Assembly (NCBI GenBank): GCA_003427395.1
Contig: BFEA01000030.1
Location: forward strand, 632,137-696,136
Origin: Chara braunii
Taxonomy: Eukaryota; Plantae; Charophyceae
DNA length: 64,000 bases
Direction: 5' to 3'
The position numbers and the translations under genes are program-made. Below the pieces are notes generated by a model. It did not search any database, had not been told where the DNA came from, and saw only the letters and a list, made by a program, of their open reading frames with translations. Shown here piece after piece: positions 1-13,203 of this stretch; the stretch's first letter is position 1, and the number at the start of each line of letters is the position of its first letter.

Positions 1-131
1 CCCCCCCCCCCCCCCCCCTCCCCCAGTTGAAGAATGTGGGGTTAAAACAGTGAGGAGTACGACAGAGGCAAATGGGGAATTTGTCAACGGGTTAAGAAAG
101 TGAAAAGTAAGCAGTACATTTCAGAACTCAC

Positions 132-202
132 CGGTACTCAACGATACGAGGCGGCTTATCTTTCTTAGTAACCCCAGTTCTTTCCTTGAGCATCTCCTCA
201 AT
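132..202 (-). CDS. SPPA: SPPA exon (IEEMLKERTGVTKKDKPPRIVEYR); gene continues beyond window start
   Basis: Resembles plant SPPA VITMLKERLGVEKDKKLPTVDYK; flanked by cag/gtgagt; phase 0 start matches the previous exon. Confidence 0.88.
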
Positions 203-358
203 CTGCCCACGAGTGGTCCCCCACCACAAACCAATCGAGTATAACATGCGTCATTAGTTAGCTAGCCTTCCTTTTTTTTTTTAGCGTTCTTTTTTTTTTG
301 TTTTTATCACAAGGTAGCTAGCCTAGAGCAATGAACAAAGATTCCATGCCCCTGCTAC

Positions 359-2080
359 TGTTACGTACTTCAATGAGTATGGGCAGAACCAAAGATCAAC
401 CAATATAGGATGAGCATTTATGCAGCGGAAGTCTGATAACGAACTGACTCACATAGACTGACTTACATAGACTGACCTACATGGCATCACTCCACACACA
501 TACAATCATGAGATGGTGGGGTCTGGGTCATGCATAGACGATACCCAGATCCCGTACACACATGCACAGATGAAAGGTGGGAGGAGAGACGAGGGAGGTA
601 GGAGGTAGATCACACCGATAGGTCACAAGNTNGAGTCTGATAGGTCTCCGAAATGGTAGTCCAGAATGTCATATAGCAAGATCAAAATGTCGAGGACCAA
701 AGGTCACCAATGTCGGAGATAACAGAGTCCATATGTAACCGGTGTCCAACTGTGACGCAGCCGAGTATCAACCTCAACAACCTCCAAGTCTCCAATCAGG
801 TAAGTACCAAAGTCTCGTATCACCGAAATCCAACCCTGATCTCTGTCCAACTGGATAGTCTCCAATCTGAAGAAGAAGAAGAAGAAGAAGAAGAAGAAGA
901 AGAAGAAGAAGAAGGAGGAAGAGGAGAGAGAGAGAGAGGGGACTGGCGAGGGAGAGGAGGAGAGACCCTCCAAGCTCCCGGTACCTCAAGCGGAAATGGC
1001 CGCTGTGCTGGCTCAGTCGCCCTGCTGCTGCTCCGCTCGCTGCTGCGCTAAGCTGCGCTATGCTGCGCTCCTGCTTCAGCCCCTGCGCTAAGTTTAGCGC
1101 ATAAAACAGTACACTGGTACTGACCATGCCGTGCCGGTAGAGTTCCGGTAGGCCGATCCCCAACTGAGGCAGGATACCGGTACTTATACCGGTAGGCAAT
1201 GGTCTGGCCTCAATGCTGCGAGGCCAGGCCAGACCCTGGACCGTCCAGATGGACGGTTCAGCCTCAATCGGCAAGCGGCAGCTTCAAGAGCGCCGCCAGG
1301 CCCAAACGAAGTGTCGTTTGGGCCTACCCGATGGGTGCTGGTCCAAAATCAGGCCTTTAGGATCTGTAACCCCAAAAGGTCGGGCCTTTAGGCCCTGGTG
1401 TGTCCCTCCGGCCCTAAGTCGGGTCCGGTAGGACCCGTGTGAGTCGAAGATGTAACACACTCCCCCTCTTAAAAGTCCGAGCTACCTGCGAGGGCGAAGT
1501 TGTCTGTCCGATACCGGGGTGGGTCGGGCGGTACGAGCTGCGTCCTTAGCAAGGCGTCGCTTCTCATAGTCTGTGAAGATGAGGGGTGCAGAAGTCTGCA
1601 AATCTTCACTGGAGATCCACCGAGTGNNNNNNNNNNNNNNNNNNNNNNNNNNNNNNNNNNNNNNNNNNNNNNNNNNNNNNNNNNNNNNNNNNNNNNNNNN
1701 NNNNNNNNNNNNNNNNNNNNNNNNNNNNNNNNNNNNNNNNNNNNNNNNNNNNNNNNNNNNNNNNNNNNNNNNNNNNNNNNNNNNNNNNNNNNNNNNNNNN
1801 NNNNNNTTATACCGGTAGGCAATGGTCTGGCCTCAATGCTGCGAGGCCAGGCCAGACCCTGGACCGTCCAGATGGACGGTTCAGCCTCAATCGGCGGGCG
1901 GCAGCTTCAAGAGCGCCGCCAGGCCCAAACGAAGTGTCGTTTGGGCCTACCCGATGGGTGCTGGTCCAAAATCAGGCCTTTAGGGCCTGTAACCCCAAAA
2001 GGTCGGGCCTTTAGGCCCTGGTGTGTCCCTCCGGCCCTAAGTCGGGTCCAGTAGGACCCGTGTGAGTCGAAGATGTAACA
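359..2080 (-). mobile_element. Ty3/Gypsy (chromovirus-like) LTR retrotransposon in an SPPA intron; internal region mostly lost in the gap
   Basis: TG...CA ends; 5-bp TSD GCTAC at 354-358 and 2081-2085; LTR 359-1457 whose end is repeated at 1807-2080; polypurine tract ttaagagggggagtg on the minus strand at 1458-1472. Confidence 0.85.
1482..1624 (-). pseudogene. C-terminal end of Gypsy pol, chromodomain-like tail
   Basis: RWISSEDLQTSAPLIFTDYEKRR...RPRR* ending just upstream of the PPT; W-x-x-x-E-D-L...A-P-x-x-I pattern resembles a chromodomain C-terminus. Confidence 0.6.
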
Positions 2081-2692
2081 GCTACCCACCCTAAACCAAA
2101 CAACAGCAATAAGAGAATAAAAACTTTTGTCTGTGAGGCATGTTCAAATTCTTGGCCAAACTGGAGTTAAAAAACAAAAACCTAAAACCATTTATCTTTT
2201 TTTATTATTCTTAATCATTAAACAAAAACAAAAAATGACTGAACATGTTCGGGAGGCGTCCGGCCGAGCACCCGAATGTGTTCGGGAGGCGTTCGCGAAA
2301 GCTCCGAACACGTTCGGGGTGCTACATAGACTACCGTAGGTCGTTGTTAATAAACACCAACAGATCACGAGTTCGATTCCTTGTTAGTAATCAGGTGGGG
2401 CTATAATTGCATGCCGATTGCAGAACTAATTCCCACACACATGTAACTAAACAATTTTTAATTCAGAAAAAAAAAAAAAAGGGCAACAGCCTTGAGATAT
2501 CATTGTGGAACTGCTGACCAGCCCCAGGTAATTCAAGAGACTCATCTCAACTTTCTCAAGTTCTCAAAACTACCGTCTTCACCCGAACAGAACGCCCAGT
2601 CATTATAGCTGTATTTGGCACAACTTTCAGCCCAGATACAGCGATAATTACCGGGCGTTCTATTCGGGTGAAGACGGTAGGTAGTTCCACCT

Positions 2693-2765
2693 GGGGATTG
2701 GAACTTGGATCCGTATTCCAATTTCCAATCCAAGTTTGCGGGTGTGTACCAACTGCGCAAGGCGG
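2693..2765 (-). repeat. tRNA-like SINE head, degenerate
   Basis: Minus strand reads ccttgcgcagttggtacacacc...gaatacggatccaagttccaatcccc; similar to 4651-4735 and 19320-19385. Confidence 0.45.
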
Positions 2766-2881
2766 AACAAAAAGAACAAAGTTAAAAAGGAACTGAAAAT
2801 ATTTCAAAAATAGTAAAATGGCAAAAAAAAAAAAAAAAAAAAAAAAGTAAAGAAGAAGAACTAAAAATAGTAAGTAAATAC

Positions 2882-2985
2882 CTCATCCTCATACTTCAAG
2901 TCTGTTAACCAACCGCCTTCCTTCAGCTTCTCGGTCTCAAATGTGCCAGACTGCAGAAGGGCATCCACCTCCTCCCTGGTCTTAC
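2882..2985 (-). CDS. SPPA: SPPA exon (GKTREEVDALLQSGTFETEKLKEGGWLTDLKYEDE)
   Basis: Resembles SPPA GKKREDVENFINQGVYEIEKLKEAGLIKDIRYDDE; tag/gtattt splice sites; phases consistent with neighbours. Confidence 0.9.
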
Positions 2986-3045
2986 CTAATGCAAGCACAG
3001 CAATCAGGATCGAGGACAACACAGATCAGAATCCACTTCAGAGAT

Positions 3046-3087
<42 letters not shown>

Positions 3088-3639
3088 GTCGTCATCATCG
3101 TCGTCATCATCGTCGTCATCATCGTCAATCAACAAGCAACCCACTTGCAGGTGGGTTGCTTGTTACGGGAATAGCTGCATTTTGGGCAACTTTCTGTCCA
3201 GATACATAGCAACCCACTGGCAAGTGGGTACTACCGGCAGGTAGTATATTTTTCACACATGGAGTGCTTTCCCGTTTTCGGTTTTGGATTTCACTTGTCA
3301 GGTGTTAAGCGGCAGATCTGTCTGTCTCTGCAGTGCACATGAAGGCCTGCCGCGCACTACACCTTTGTGCTTTGCTTGACCCTCACAGGATCGAATACAG
3401 CACTGCTCACTCACATTCGTGCAAACAACGCACAGTCAGAGCTTCTGCCAGCGCTTCCGTCTGAGCTCCGATCAGAGGTTCAGTCAAAGATTTCCGCTCA
3501 TCAGAGGTTCGGTCAAATATTCCATCGGTCAGAGCTTCCGTCAAAGTTTCACTACCGTCTTTCACCCGAATATCACGCCCAGTCATTATTGCGCTGTATC
3601 TAGCCAGAGACTTGCCCAAAATACAGCTATAATGATTCC

Positions 3640-4235
3640 GGTGAAGATGGTAGTCAGAAGTTTGGTCAACTGTTACAGCACTGCTCACATACTTGTCAAG
3701 GAACACTCAGTCAAAGCTTCAGACAGAGCTTCGGTCAGAGCTCTGGTCAGAGCTTTGGTCAAACATTCCATCAGAGATTCGGTCAGAGCTTCGGTCAGAG
3801 CTTCGGTCGGAGCTTCGGTCGGAGCTTTGGTCAGAGCTTTGGTCATAGATTCGATCAGAGATTCGATCAGAGATTCAATCACAGATTCGATCAGAGATTC
3901 GATCACAGATTCGATCAGAGATTGGATCAGAGATTCGATCAGAGATTCGATCAGAGATTCGATCAGAGATTCGATCAGAGGATCAGTCCGATGTTCAGTC
4001 AGAGGTTAAGTAGTCAGAGGTTCAGTAGTCAGAGAGGTTCAGTAGTCAGAGAGGTTCTGAGTCAGAGGTTCAGCCGGAGGTCCACCCGTCAGAGGCTCAG
4101 TCAGAGGTTTGGTCCGAGGCATGGTCAGTCAGAGTTTTGGTTTGGGGTTTGGTTAGAGGTAAGGTAAGATTCTTTTGTCAGAGGTTAGGTCAGAGGTTAG
4201 GTCAGATTCTTTTGTCAGAGACTAGGTCAGAGGAT
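3640..4235. repeat. 12-bp minisatellite (tcagagattcga / tcagagcttcgg variants)
   Basis: Direct tandem repeats; generates the spurious IRDS-repeat ORFs. Confidence 0.9.
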
Positions 4236-4383
4236 TGGTCAGGAGGTCTTTTTTTTTTCTTTTTTTTTTTGTGTCAGGAGGTTTTGGTCAAGCAAGGAGG
4301 GAGAGGAGAAGGGACAAACAGAACAAAAAAGAAAAGAAAAGAAAAGAAAAGGAAAAGAAAAGGAAAAGAAAAAAAAAGCTCAC

Positions 4384-4554
4384 CTCGCGATGCTGCAACA
4401 GTATCAAGCCAACCGCTGTAGATGTCCTCGAGAAGCGACGTCAGCATTTCCCTGTTCTCCAAGCTCATGTCTTTCCGAGCAAGTTGGTCGCCGGCGCTTT
4501 TGTACTTTCCAATTCTTTCCACTTGCGGTTCGACACCCACTTTTTCCAGCACGC
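4384..4554 (-). CDS. SPPA: SPPA exon (GVLEKVGVEPQVERIGKYKSAGDQLARKDMSLENREMLTSLLEDIYSGWLDTVAASRG)
   Basis: S49 peptidase GKYKSAG motif; tag/gtgag splice sites; 171 nt, phase 1 to phase 1. Confidence 0.95.
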
Positions 4555-4650
4555 CTACAGCAGCACAGTAAAGCACACAAGAGAGGATGTGAGCACCGAA
4601 CGATCCTGCAAAGAGCTGTAGCGCACAGTACGAAAACACAGCCCGCCAAC

Positions 4651-4735
4651 GGGCCTAGCTCAGTTGGTACATTTATGAGCTGTCGAAATACAGACCTCAG
4701 TTCGAATCCCTATCAACTCGGATTTAAAAAAAAAA
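4651..4735 (+). repeat. tRNA-derived SINE-like element with A tail
   Basis: A-box-like cctagctcagttggta, B-box-like gttcgaatccc, followed by an A-run. Confidence 0.55.
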
Positions 4736-5308
4736 NNNNNNNNNNNNNNNNNNNNNNNNNNNNNNNNNNNNNNNNNNNNNNNNNNNNNNNNNNNNNNNNN
4801 NNNNNNNNNNNNNNNNNNNNNNNNNNNNNNNNNNNNNNNNNNNNNNNNNNNNNNNNNNNNNNNNNNNNNNNNNNNNNNNNNNNNNNNNNNNNNNNNNNNN
4901 NNNNNNNNNNNNNNNNNNNNNNNNNNNNNNNNNNNNNNNNNNNNNNNNNNNNNNNNNNNNNNNNNNNNNNNNNNNNNNNNNNNNNNNNNNNNNNNNNNNN
5001 NNNNNNNNNNNNNNNNNNNNNNNNNNNNNNNNNNNNNNNNNNNNNNNNNNNNNNNNNNNNNNNNNNNNNNNNNNNNNNNNNNNNNNNNNNNNNNNNNNNN
5101 NNNNNNNNNNNNNNNNNNNNNNNNNNNNNNNNNNNNNNNNNNNNNNNNNNNNNNNNNNNNNNNNNNNNNNNNNNNNNNNNNNNNNNNNNNNNNNNNNNNN
5201 NNNNNNNNNNNNNNNNNNNNNNNNNNNNNNNNNNNNNNNNNNNNNNNNNNNNNNNNNNNNNNNNNNNNNNNNNNNNNNNNNNNNNNNNNNNNNNNNNNNN
5301 NNNNNNNN

Positions 5309-5455
5309 GGTTGGGTGACAGGTTGGGTGACAGGTTGGGTGACAGGTTGGGTGACAGGTTGGGTGACAGGTTGGGCAACAGGTTGCATGACAGGTTGCGT
5401 GACAGGTTGCATGACAGGTTGCGTGACAGGTTGCGTGACAGGTTTAGCGACAAGT
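5309..5455. repeat. 12-bp minisatellite (gacaggttgggt)
   Basis: About 12 direct tandem copies next to a gap. Confidence 0.9.
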
Positions 5456-5849
5456 TTAGTGATGTGGTTGGCGGCATATTTGGTGATAGGTTTGGTCAAG
5501 TCAGTGGTAACCGGCATTTAGGCGCCCACACGAACCCACCGCCCACTCCACAGGATGATTCAATAAAAAGAACCCACCGTCGTCCATGATTGTTCCTGCT
5601 AATCACTGACTGGTAGCTGTTACACATCTCCCTGTTACACAAGAGGGCAACAGCGACCCTGGCTGTGATTTAGGTCATACAATCCACCATTACACCACAG
5701 CTACCGCTCCCAGGCACACTTTTGCGATGAAGTTGCCTCCCACACAAACGTACTAGTTTGCTTTCCAAAGTGAACTAACAGCAGCGAAATCATACATCTT
5801 CTCTCATTCATCCTGTTTCGATTCACGGGAAGAAAACCCACTCAGCACA

Positions 5850-5982
5850 AACCCACAGCACACACGCGCACACACCCACACAGTGCCACACACACCCACA
5901 CACACCCACACAGTGCCACACACACACACATGCACACTCACACGGACAGAGACACGCATGCACACTTGTACAAAAGCGCAAA

Positions 5983-6058
<76 letters not shown>

Positions 6059-6203
6059 CACACGCACACGGACACGGACACACAGACACGCATGCACACT
6101 CATGCAAAAGCGCAAACAAACGCACGCACGCACACACACAAACACGCGCGTGCGAACGCAAACAAACACATAACACACACACGTGCTCACATGGACATAC
6201 AAA

Positions 6204-6234
<31 letters not shown>

Positions 6235-6250
6235 AACACAAACAGAGACA
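5850..6250. repeat. Compound (CA)n microsatellite region
   Basis: Visible CA repeats with duplicated blocks. Confidence 0.9.
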
Positions 6251-6277
6251 TGTGGGAGGAGGAGCAGGGTTCCTTAC

Positions 6278-6415
6278 CTCCGAGGAAAGAGCCTGCAACT
6301 GAGAATCCTCGCAGAGATACATAGGCGGAAGGAGGCGCATAAATTTCCTGACATGCACATGCCAAGTAGTACTCCTTTTCCCCTCCCACAGGCATGTAAG
6401 CGATACAGTATTTCC
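6278..6415 (-). CDS. SPPA: SPPA exon (GKYCIAYMPVGGEKEYYLACACQEIYAPPSAYVSLRGFSVAGSFLG)
   Basis: Resembles SPPA GKFIVGYISICGLKEYYLGCACNELFAPPSAY; cag/gtaagg splice sites; 138 nt. Confidence 0.95.
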
Positions 6416-7296
6416 CTGCACTTGATCGATTTGAAAAAGCAGAAGAAAAAACAGTTGGTCAGAATGCCTGCCAAGTTCCAACCCTTGCTCTGTCACTCTC
6501 TTCCAAAAAAAAAAAAAAAAAAAAGGGGAGGGCCCAGAAAAGGAAGACTGTGCTTGGAAAGTCAGGGTAAGCAGTCTTGGAGGGACGAAGGCTACTCACA
6601 CTAAGACTTTTGCACATGTATCTGTCTGCAATTCTGACCGAATTCAGTTGAATTAACGAGCTTGGAAACTCCAGAAAAGCAAAAAAAGAAAAAAAAGAAA
6701 CTGAGGAAAAGCAGGAAAAGCAGGAAAAGCAGGAAGAACAGGAAAAGTGCAACGGCAATGAAAAGTCGACATGATCTAGTCAGCGTCAGAAGCACTCAGT
6801 CAAATCCAAAATCATTATTTGATTTTTTTTCACAATTTTTCAGCCAACAATCCACGCATGCATATGCAGTCAAATTCAATGGATAATGTTGGACATGCAT
6901 TTGGTACCTATTTCGAAGCTAGGTTCAACGACTCAACTGGGCGCACACACAGCTGGGTAGCCAGGCCTGGACATATCAACAATGCGGCAAGGAACCATAA
7001 AAACAGAGTAATTGGGAAAAAAAAAAAAAAAGGGCTCGTTCTGTGCTCAGCCTGAGCAGTCAGAATCCAACCTTCACTTCTTAAATAAATTCAGTTATGG
7101 TTCACCTAAGGGGGGGTTAAAAATTAGGGGACCATAAATTGGGGGTCGAACAAGTTTGAAGGTGTGCTTTCCTGTGTTGTAGGCTGGTTGAGGGGGGCTG
7201 GTTAAGGGGTTCTAAATTGGGTTCGATGGGTAGCAATATGTATGTATTGTCACACATCTGCTGTCAACCAAATGAGCGCACTTTGTGAAACAGACG

Positions 7297-7349
<53 letters not shown>

Positions 7350-7517
7350 AGGGAAGACAAACATGGAGAGCACAAAGAGACCGTTCCTTTTATCATTCCT
7401 TCTTTTAGCTGCCCCTTTACTGTGCCTCTCACGTAGAAGGCTCGCCAAGTTGACGCAAGCTGCCTGCATCACCTTCTAGCGATATGTATTTGCAATGACT
7501 TGCTGGTTTTGGTGGCC

Positions 7518-8748
7518 TGTAGCCCGTTGAGTCGAGGCTGTACTATAGGTAGGTCAGATTCGTAATTTTGTTTGGCTGAGGGCTTAACCGAGAGACCCAC
7601 CTGTAAGGGAAATTCGAGAGGGACATATCTGCAAATTCGGGAAAATATAGGCCTGTACTAACTAGAATTTCCTACAGCTACCCTAACTGCGAATAGCAGG
7701 CCCGGGCTACCCCTAGGACAGACAGGCCCTATGGGGAAAAACTGATAGACGGTCCTATAGCCTAAAGGCGGGTAGGTAGAGGCCGGGAGGCCGAAACTGA
7801 AGCGGTACCGGTCGGTCCGGTCAGTCCGGTCTAGGTCGAGTCTAGGCTAGGATAGGTTATAGATAGGATGGGGACATCGGTTCAGGGCTTTTGGCAGTTG
7901 GTACTGTGTACGTCACTGCTGTGTAACGCGTGAACTGGACGTGGTGACAGCTTCAGCGTTGGAGGAGACGGACATAGCCAGACCTGCGGAGTGTCGGCCA
8001 TAGCTGGGACCGGCACTGTACTCTGACAGCACGAGGGGCTGTTCAGAGGTCTGGGCTATTTGAAGTCTGCTGGAGGCGAGAGAAGTTGAAGCCCTGCTGA
8101 ACCCAACTCAGGAGTAGGGTGTCAGGGTGTGTGGCGCTGCAGCCATAGCTGCAGCTTCTCCCTCAGAGATCATCTTGTCAGGAGAGGTGGCGCTGCTGTA
8201 GACTTCCACCCGGGAAGTCATCCGGCACTTCATCATCATCAGACACTGTGGCGCTGATCTTCTTCTTCATCCTCTGAGAGGCGCCTGGCCTCAGAGGCCT
8301 GTTTCAGGGTGGCGCTTCCCTTTGGAGGCAGTATTTAAGTGGCGCTTGATGTTTCAGGGACTCAGGGGTAGTTCTAGCGGGTATTCAGGGTTGGGGAGTG
8401 AAGCGCTGCTCATTTCTGAGCAGCGCACCATAGTTCTGGGGTTTTCCTGACAATTCGAGACTCTGAGTTTAATAAACAGTGTTGATTCTGAGTTTGGACT
8501 ATCATTGTCTCTTGGATGTGATCTACTCGGCTTTCCTTTGTGACTGGTTGTGAGGATTCTGTGGAGTGAAGTGCACTTTCAGTGTTCTCTGTCATATCGC
8601 ATGGTCAAGTCTTCTGCTGTGTTTATCTCTCCCTGTGCGGTGTGATACTCCCATCCTCTCCCCTTCCTTCTGTGTATGTATGGGCATACCTCGAAGTCTC
8701 TGTGTGCGAGTGTTGATCTTCTGACGACAAGCAACCAGGTTCATAACA
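7518..8748. mobile_element. Probable solo LTR
   Basis: tgtagc...ataaca ends, about 1.2 kb, LTR-like composition, TATA-like gtatttaag at ~8331; no TSD found. Confidence 0.35.
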
Positions 8749-8754
8749 TATACC

Positions 8755-8788
<34 letters not shown>

Positions 8789-8827
8789 GAGAGAGTGAGA
8801 GAGACCAAGAGAGAGAGAGAGAGAGAG

Positions 8828-8898
<71 letters not shown>

Positions 8899-9788
8899 NN
8901 NNNNNNNNNNNNNNNNNNNNNNNNNNNNNNNNNNNNNNNNNNNNNNNNNNNNNNNNNNNNNNNNNNNNNNNNNNNNNNNNNNNNNNNNNNNNNNNNNNNN
9001 NNNNNNNNNNNNNNNNNNNNNNNNNNNNNNNNNNNNNNNNNNNNNNNNNNNNNNNNNNNNNNNNNNNNNNNNNNNNNNNNNNNNNNNNNNNNNNNNNNNN
9101 NNNNNNNNNNNNNNNNNNNNNNNNNNNNNNNNNNNNNNNNNNNNNNNNNNNNNNNNNNNNNNNNNNNNNNNNNNNNNNNNNNNNNNNNNNNNNNNNNNNN
9201 NNNNNNNNNNNNNNNNNNNNNNNNNNNNNNNNNNNNNNNNNNNNNNNNNNNNNNNNNNNNNNNNNNNNNNNNNNNNNNNNNNNNNNNNNNNNNNNNNNNN
9301 NNNNNNNNNNNNNNNNNNNNNNNNNNNNNNNNNNNNNNNNNNNNNNNNNNNNNNNNNNNNNNNNNNNNNNNNNNNNNNNNNNNNNNNNNNNNNNNNNNNN
9401 NNNNNNNNNNNNNNNNNNNNNNNNNNNNNNNNNNNNNNNNNNNNNNNNNNNNNNNNNNNNNNNNNNNNNNNNNNNNNNNNNNNNNNNNNNNNNNNNNNNN
9501 NNNNNNNNNNNNNNNNNNNNNNNNNNNNNNNNNNNNNNNNNNNNNNNNNNNNNNNNNNNNNNNNNNNNNNNNNNNNNNNNNNNNNNNNNNNNNNNNNNNN
9601 NNNNNNNNNNNNNNNNNNNNNNNNNNNNNNNNNNNNNNNNNNNNNNNNNNNNNNNNNNNNNNNNNNNNNNNNNNNNNNNNNNNNNNNNNNNNNNNNNNNN
9701 NNNNNNNNNNNNNNNNNNNNNNNNNNNNNNNNNNNNNNNNNNNNNNNNNNNNNNNNNNNNNNNNNNNNNNNNNNNNNNNNNNNNNNNN

Positions 9789-9836
<48 letters not shown>

Positions 9837-12000
9837 AGAGGAAAAAACGTGTGCCTCCAATACGCATGCCCATGAGCAGCCAGTATATACAAACAAAGAA
9901 GAAAAGAACAAAAGGGGAAGAAAACGAAAAAGGGAAAAAAGAGAAAAAGAAACACAAAAAAAGAAAAGAGACAAGGAAGAAAGGAAAAAAAACGAAAAAA
10001 AGGAACAAAGGCAAGAGAAGAAAAGGAAGAATGAAAAGAAACTCACTCTCTTTTCTTGAAACAGAACGACCAGGGACTGCACAGGGACCAGGGAGATTAT
10101 GCAAATGGGTGGTAGGGGGAATAGATTGCGCCATTCTCTCAAGAGAGGAGATCAATCAGAGTATCACTCATGTATATCAAAAAATTTACTCCGATGCCAT
10201 CAACTGTACGTGAGGGTGCAGAAGAAGGGGGGAAAGAAAAAGAAGAGGAGGGGGGAAGTAAGTGGGGAAGAGGAGAGAATGGAGTTACGCTTCAGCTCTA
10301 TCCTCCAGATCCAATGTGCTCCTGTATCCGCACAAATCTCGCCGAATTGCAGGAAGGGCATGGCAATTCCCTAAAGCACTTTGCTATCCCATGCCACATG
10401 GGGCGTCATCAGAAGGGGGGACATCTTCCATGGTCTTTGGAAGGCGAGGGGGGAGGCGGGGGGATAAGATGCGTCGAGGCTTGGGAAGAGGAGGTGGGAG
10501 GTTTATGGGGGATAGGGGGTGACAGGGGGGTAGGGGGGAAGGGGAGCTCATGGAGGGGTTGCGGAGGAGGGCAAGGGAGGGAATAGAAGAAGTAGAGGAA
10601 AGAAAGGAACGGGAGAAAGGAGACGAAGGCCAAAAAAGCACTTGACGGCCGCCCTAGACTCCATGTGCGCGTTCACTCGATCCTATGACACACGCTCGAT
10701 CGAAAGCCAGCGGACAGCCCCCAGTGTGTAGCATAGGCAGCAGCAGCCGGTGAGAAATAGGGTTAAGAAGCAGATAGTGCCCCAAGCAGAGTGGCAAAAC
10801 GCTTTGACGAGGAATAGAGCAATACCCTCTCGGAGATGAAGGTGATGAAGCGCACACAGGCTATGACAACGTTTGGTAGCAGGGCAAGAAGAAGAAGCGG
10901 AGCGAGTATGGAGCTTAGCGATGGTGAGGGATATGCGGCGCATTACGCAGGGGGGTCGGCGGGGAAGCATGCTGTAGGCTGCATAGCGCTAGGCCGAGGC
11001 ACAGTCAGGCGCAGGACTTGTGAAGAGTGAGCCCAGAGGATGCTCACGCCAGGTGCGTTACCACTTCTTCCACCTCCTGTTGCTCCTCCTCCTGGTCCCA
11101 GTCGGTGAAGAAATCCATGCGGTGCGCAGACTCGCAATCCTCTCCGCAAAGCAAAAACCGGTACGCACCGCACCACAACTGATGTCAGACAAGGTTGCAG
11201 TGTGGTGGCCCGATGAATAGTACGCTACTATTGCTATCCTGATATAGTAGCAGCTTTCAGCGTTCCGCCAACGAGTATGCTTTCATCAGAAGCTACCACC
11301 CCCCCACTGTTCGTCCGATCACACTAATCTGATGGCCGCGAAACAGGTACCTCAATCCTTGGGACACACAAAAAAGGGGGAAAAAAGGGGGGAAAGGAAG
11401 AAAGAAGGGCCTCGTTAGACCCTCCTTGGAAAATCCTCAGGAACTAGGATGAGGTCCTTGGAAAGTTTTCCAGTCTTCGGCGTCGTCGTTACACCGCATC
11501 CTAATTGAATGGGTCCCAAGGAAAACCGTTGGAGGTCTCCCGCGGCCAATTTCATATGCACATACGCCGCCGTGGGGCTGGATGTCCGTCGCTGCGGTGG
11601 GATGTCCGTGCGTCCTCAGGCGTGGTCCGGTGCCGGCGGCAGGGAGGCCTTCCGGGCTGGGGGAAAAAAAATGCGCGAACATCCCTGTTGGAATTTCGAA
11701 TCCTTCGCTGAAACACATCCACACCCGGGGTGTCCAGACCGGTGCAGCGCACACCGGAGCGAAACTTCTACGGAGGAGTGCTGGCAGCCATCGCTTAATA
11801 CGCCGGCATTGGAAGGCGGGCCGACGCAGCGCAGACGGTGACGGTCTCCGAGTGCAACAACGGTCAGGAGTTACACATTCGTATTCGGCCCGTCCGCGAC
11901 AATCGTGCGGGCTGCCATAGCTGAGTGCGCATGTCAGGCCTCTGTGAGACGTGGGTAGTGCTGCTGCCGTTCCTGTCCACGTGGAGACATCGGAACGAGG

Positions 12001-12615
12001 GTGCCGGCGACCGAAACAGTGGTGGGCAGTTCCGCATTGCGCGTCGTTAAGATGGAGGGAGAGCTGCGGGGCTGTGTGAATACGTTGACGGCTTTCGAGA
12101 GAAATGCGGTGGTTGCAGCTGTGTCGGCAGTCGCCATGCGATATCGCATACAGAGAACGACCGCTCGCCTGAAGATGAGGTTGTCCATTCGCAGGCAGCG
12201 TCAGCTCATGGCGCCCAACTGTGTGTCGTTATCAGAATCCATTGTGCAATTTTGTTGCGCCATGGCGTCCGGTGTGATCCCGCGGGCGACTCCAAGGTGG
12301 TGGATGAGGAGAAGGACGGGAGGGACATGGGAGGATCTCCGGAAGATGGACGACACGGCGGACGGGTACTATAAGGAGAAGCTGAGGATGTCCCCTAGGG
12401 TGTTCCGGGAGATCGTGGAGGCGTTGTCCCCTCATCTGCAGCGGAGGGTGACATTCTACAGGGTGCCTTTGATGCCAGACCACATCATCGCGTACGCGCT
12501 TTATCGTTGGGCGAGCAGGGAGATGTACGAGAGCAACACATCGCCATTCAGCATAGGACGCACATCAGGCTTGATTGCGGTGGAGGACGTGAAGGCGTTG
12601 CCGATGGGGGGTTAA
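12001..12615 (+). pseudogene. Truncated Harbinger transposase N-terminal part (HARBI1/ALP1-like HTH), no DDE core
   Basis: YYKEKLRMSPRVFREIVEALSPHL...IAYALYRWAS...SPFSIGRTS is typical of Harbinger transposase N-termini. Confidence 0.8.
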
Positions 12616-13203
12616 ACCACCACTACCTCCAACCCTGTTTTTGCCGAGCCTGACTTTCACAGCGCACCGAGTTTTGCCGAGCCGGGGCAGTTTCAGCCAA
12701 GAAGGAACAAGGGGGAAAAGAAAAAGAAGAAAAAGAAAAAAAACAAACATCCCGAATGCCTCGATAACGGCCAGATACATTCTATGAGGTGCTCGTGTGA
12801 CTGTGCCCTCAGTGAGGGCGTGTAGGGGACACACAAAGGAAAATAAAACAAAACAAAAAAAGCTCCCTTATGCTGCAATTAAGGGCGGATACAGATGCTA
12901 CAGCATTGAGACAGTTATGTGCCACCCGTGAAATACGCCCTGCCTGGCTGGCAGGGCACTAAAACGACATGGGAACAAAATCAAAACAAAACAAAAAAGC
13001 AAGCCCCTTCCCCACATAGTGGCCAGGTATATTCATCAAAGGCCTCTGCAACTTCCACCCTCGTGAGGGCCTTCCCCGACGTCCCTGGATTTGAAACTTT
13101 TTTATTCTTTTCTTCTTTTCTTCTTTTTTATTTCGTCGGCCTCCAACCCTGCCCCGAGCCCCGTGTTTTAAGGAGTAGGCTACTAGATGGACTTCATGTT
13201 TGC

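Noticed and set aside
8623-10213. Long ORFs spanning N gaps and GA/CA microsatellites (also near 4390, 16604, 22914, 31472, 58872)
   Set aside because: Artefacts of gaps and simple repeats
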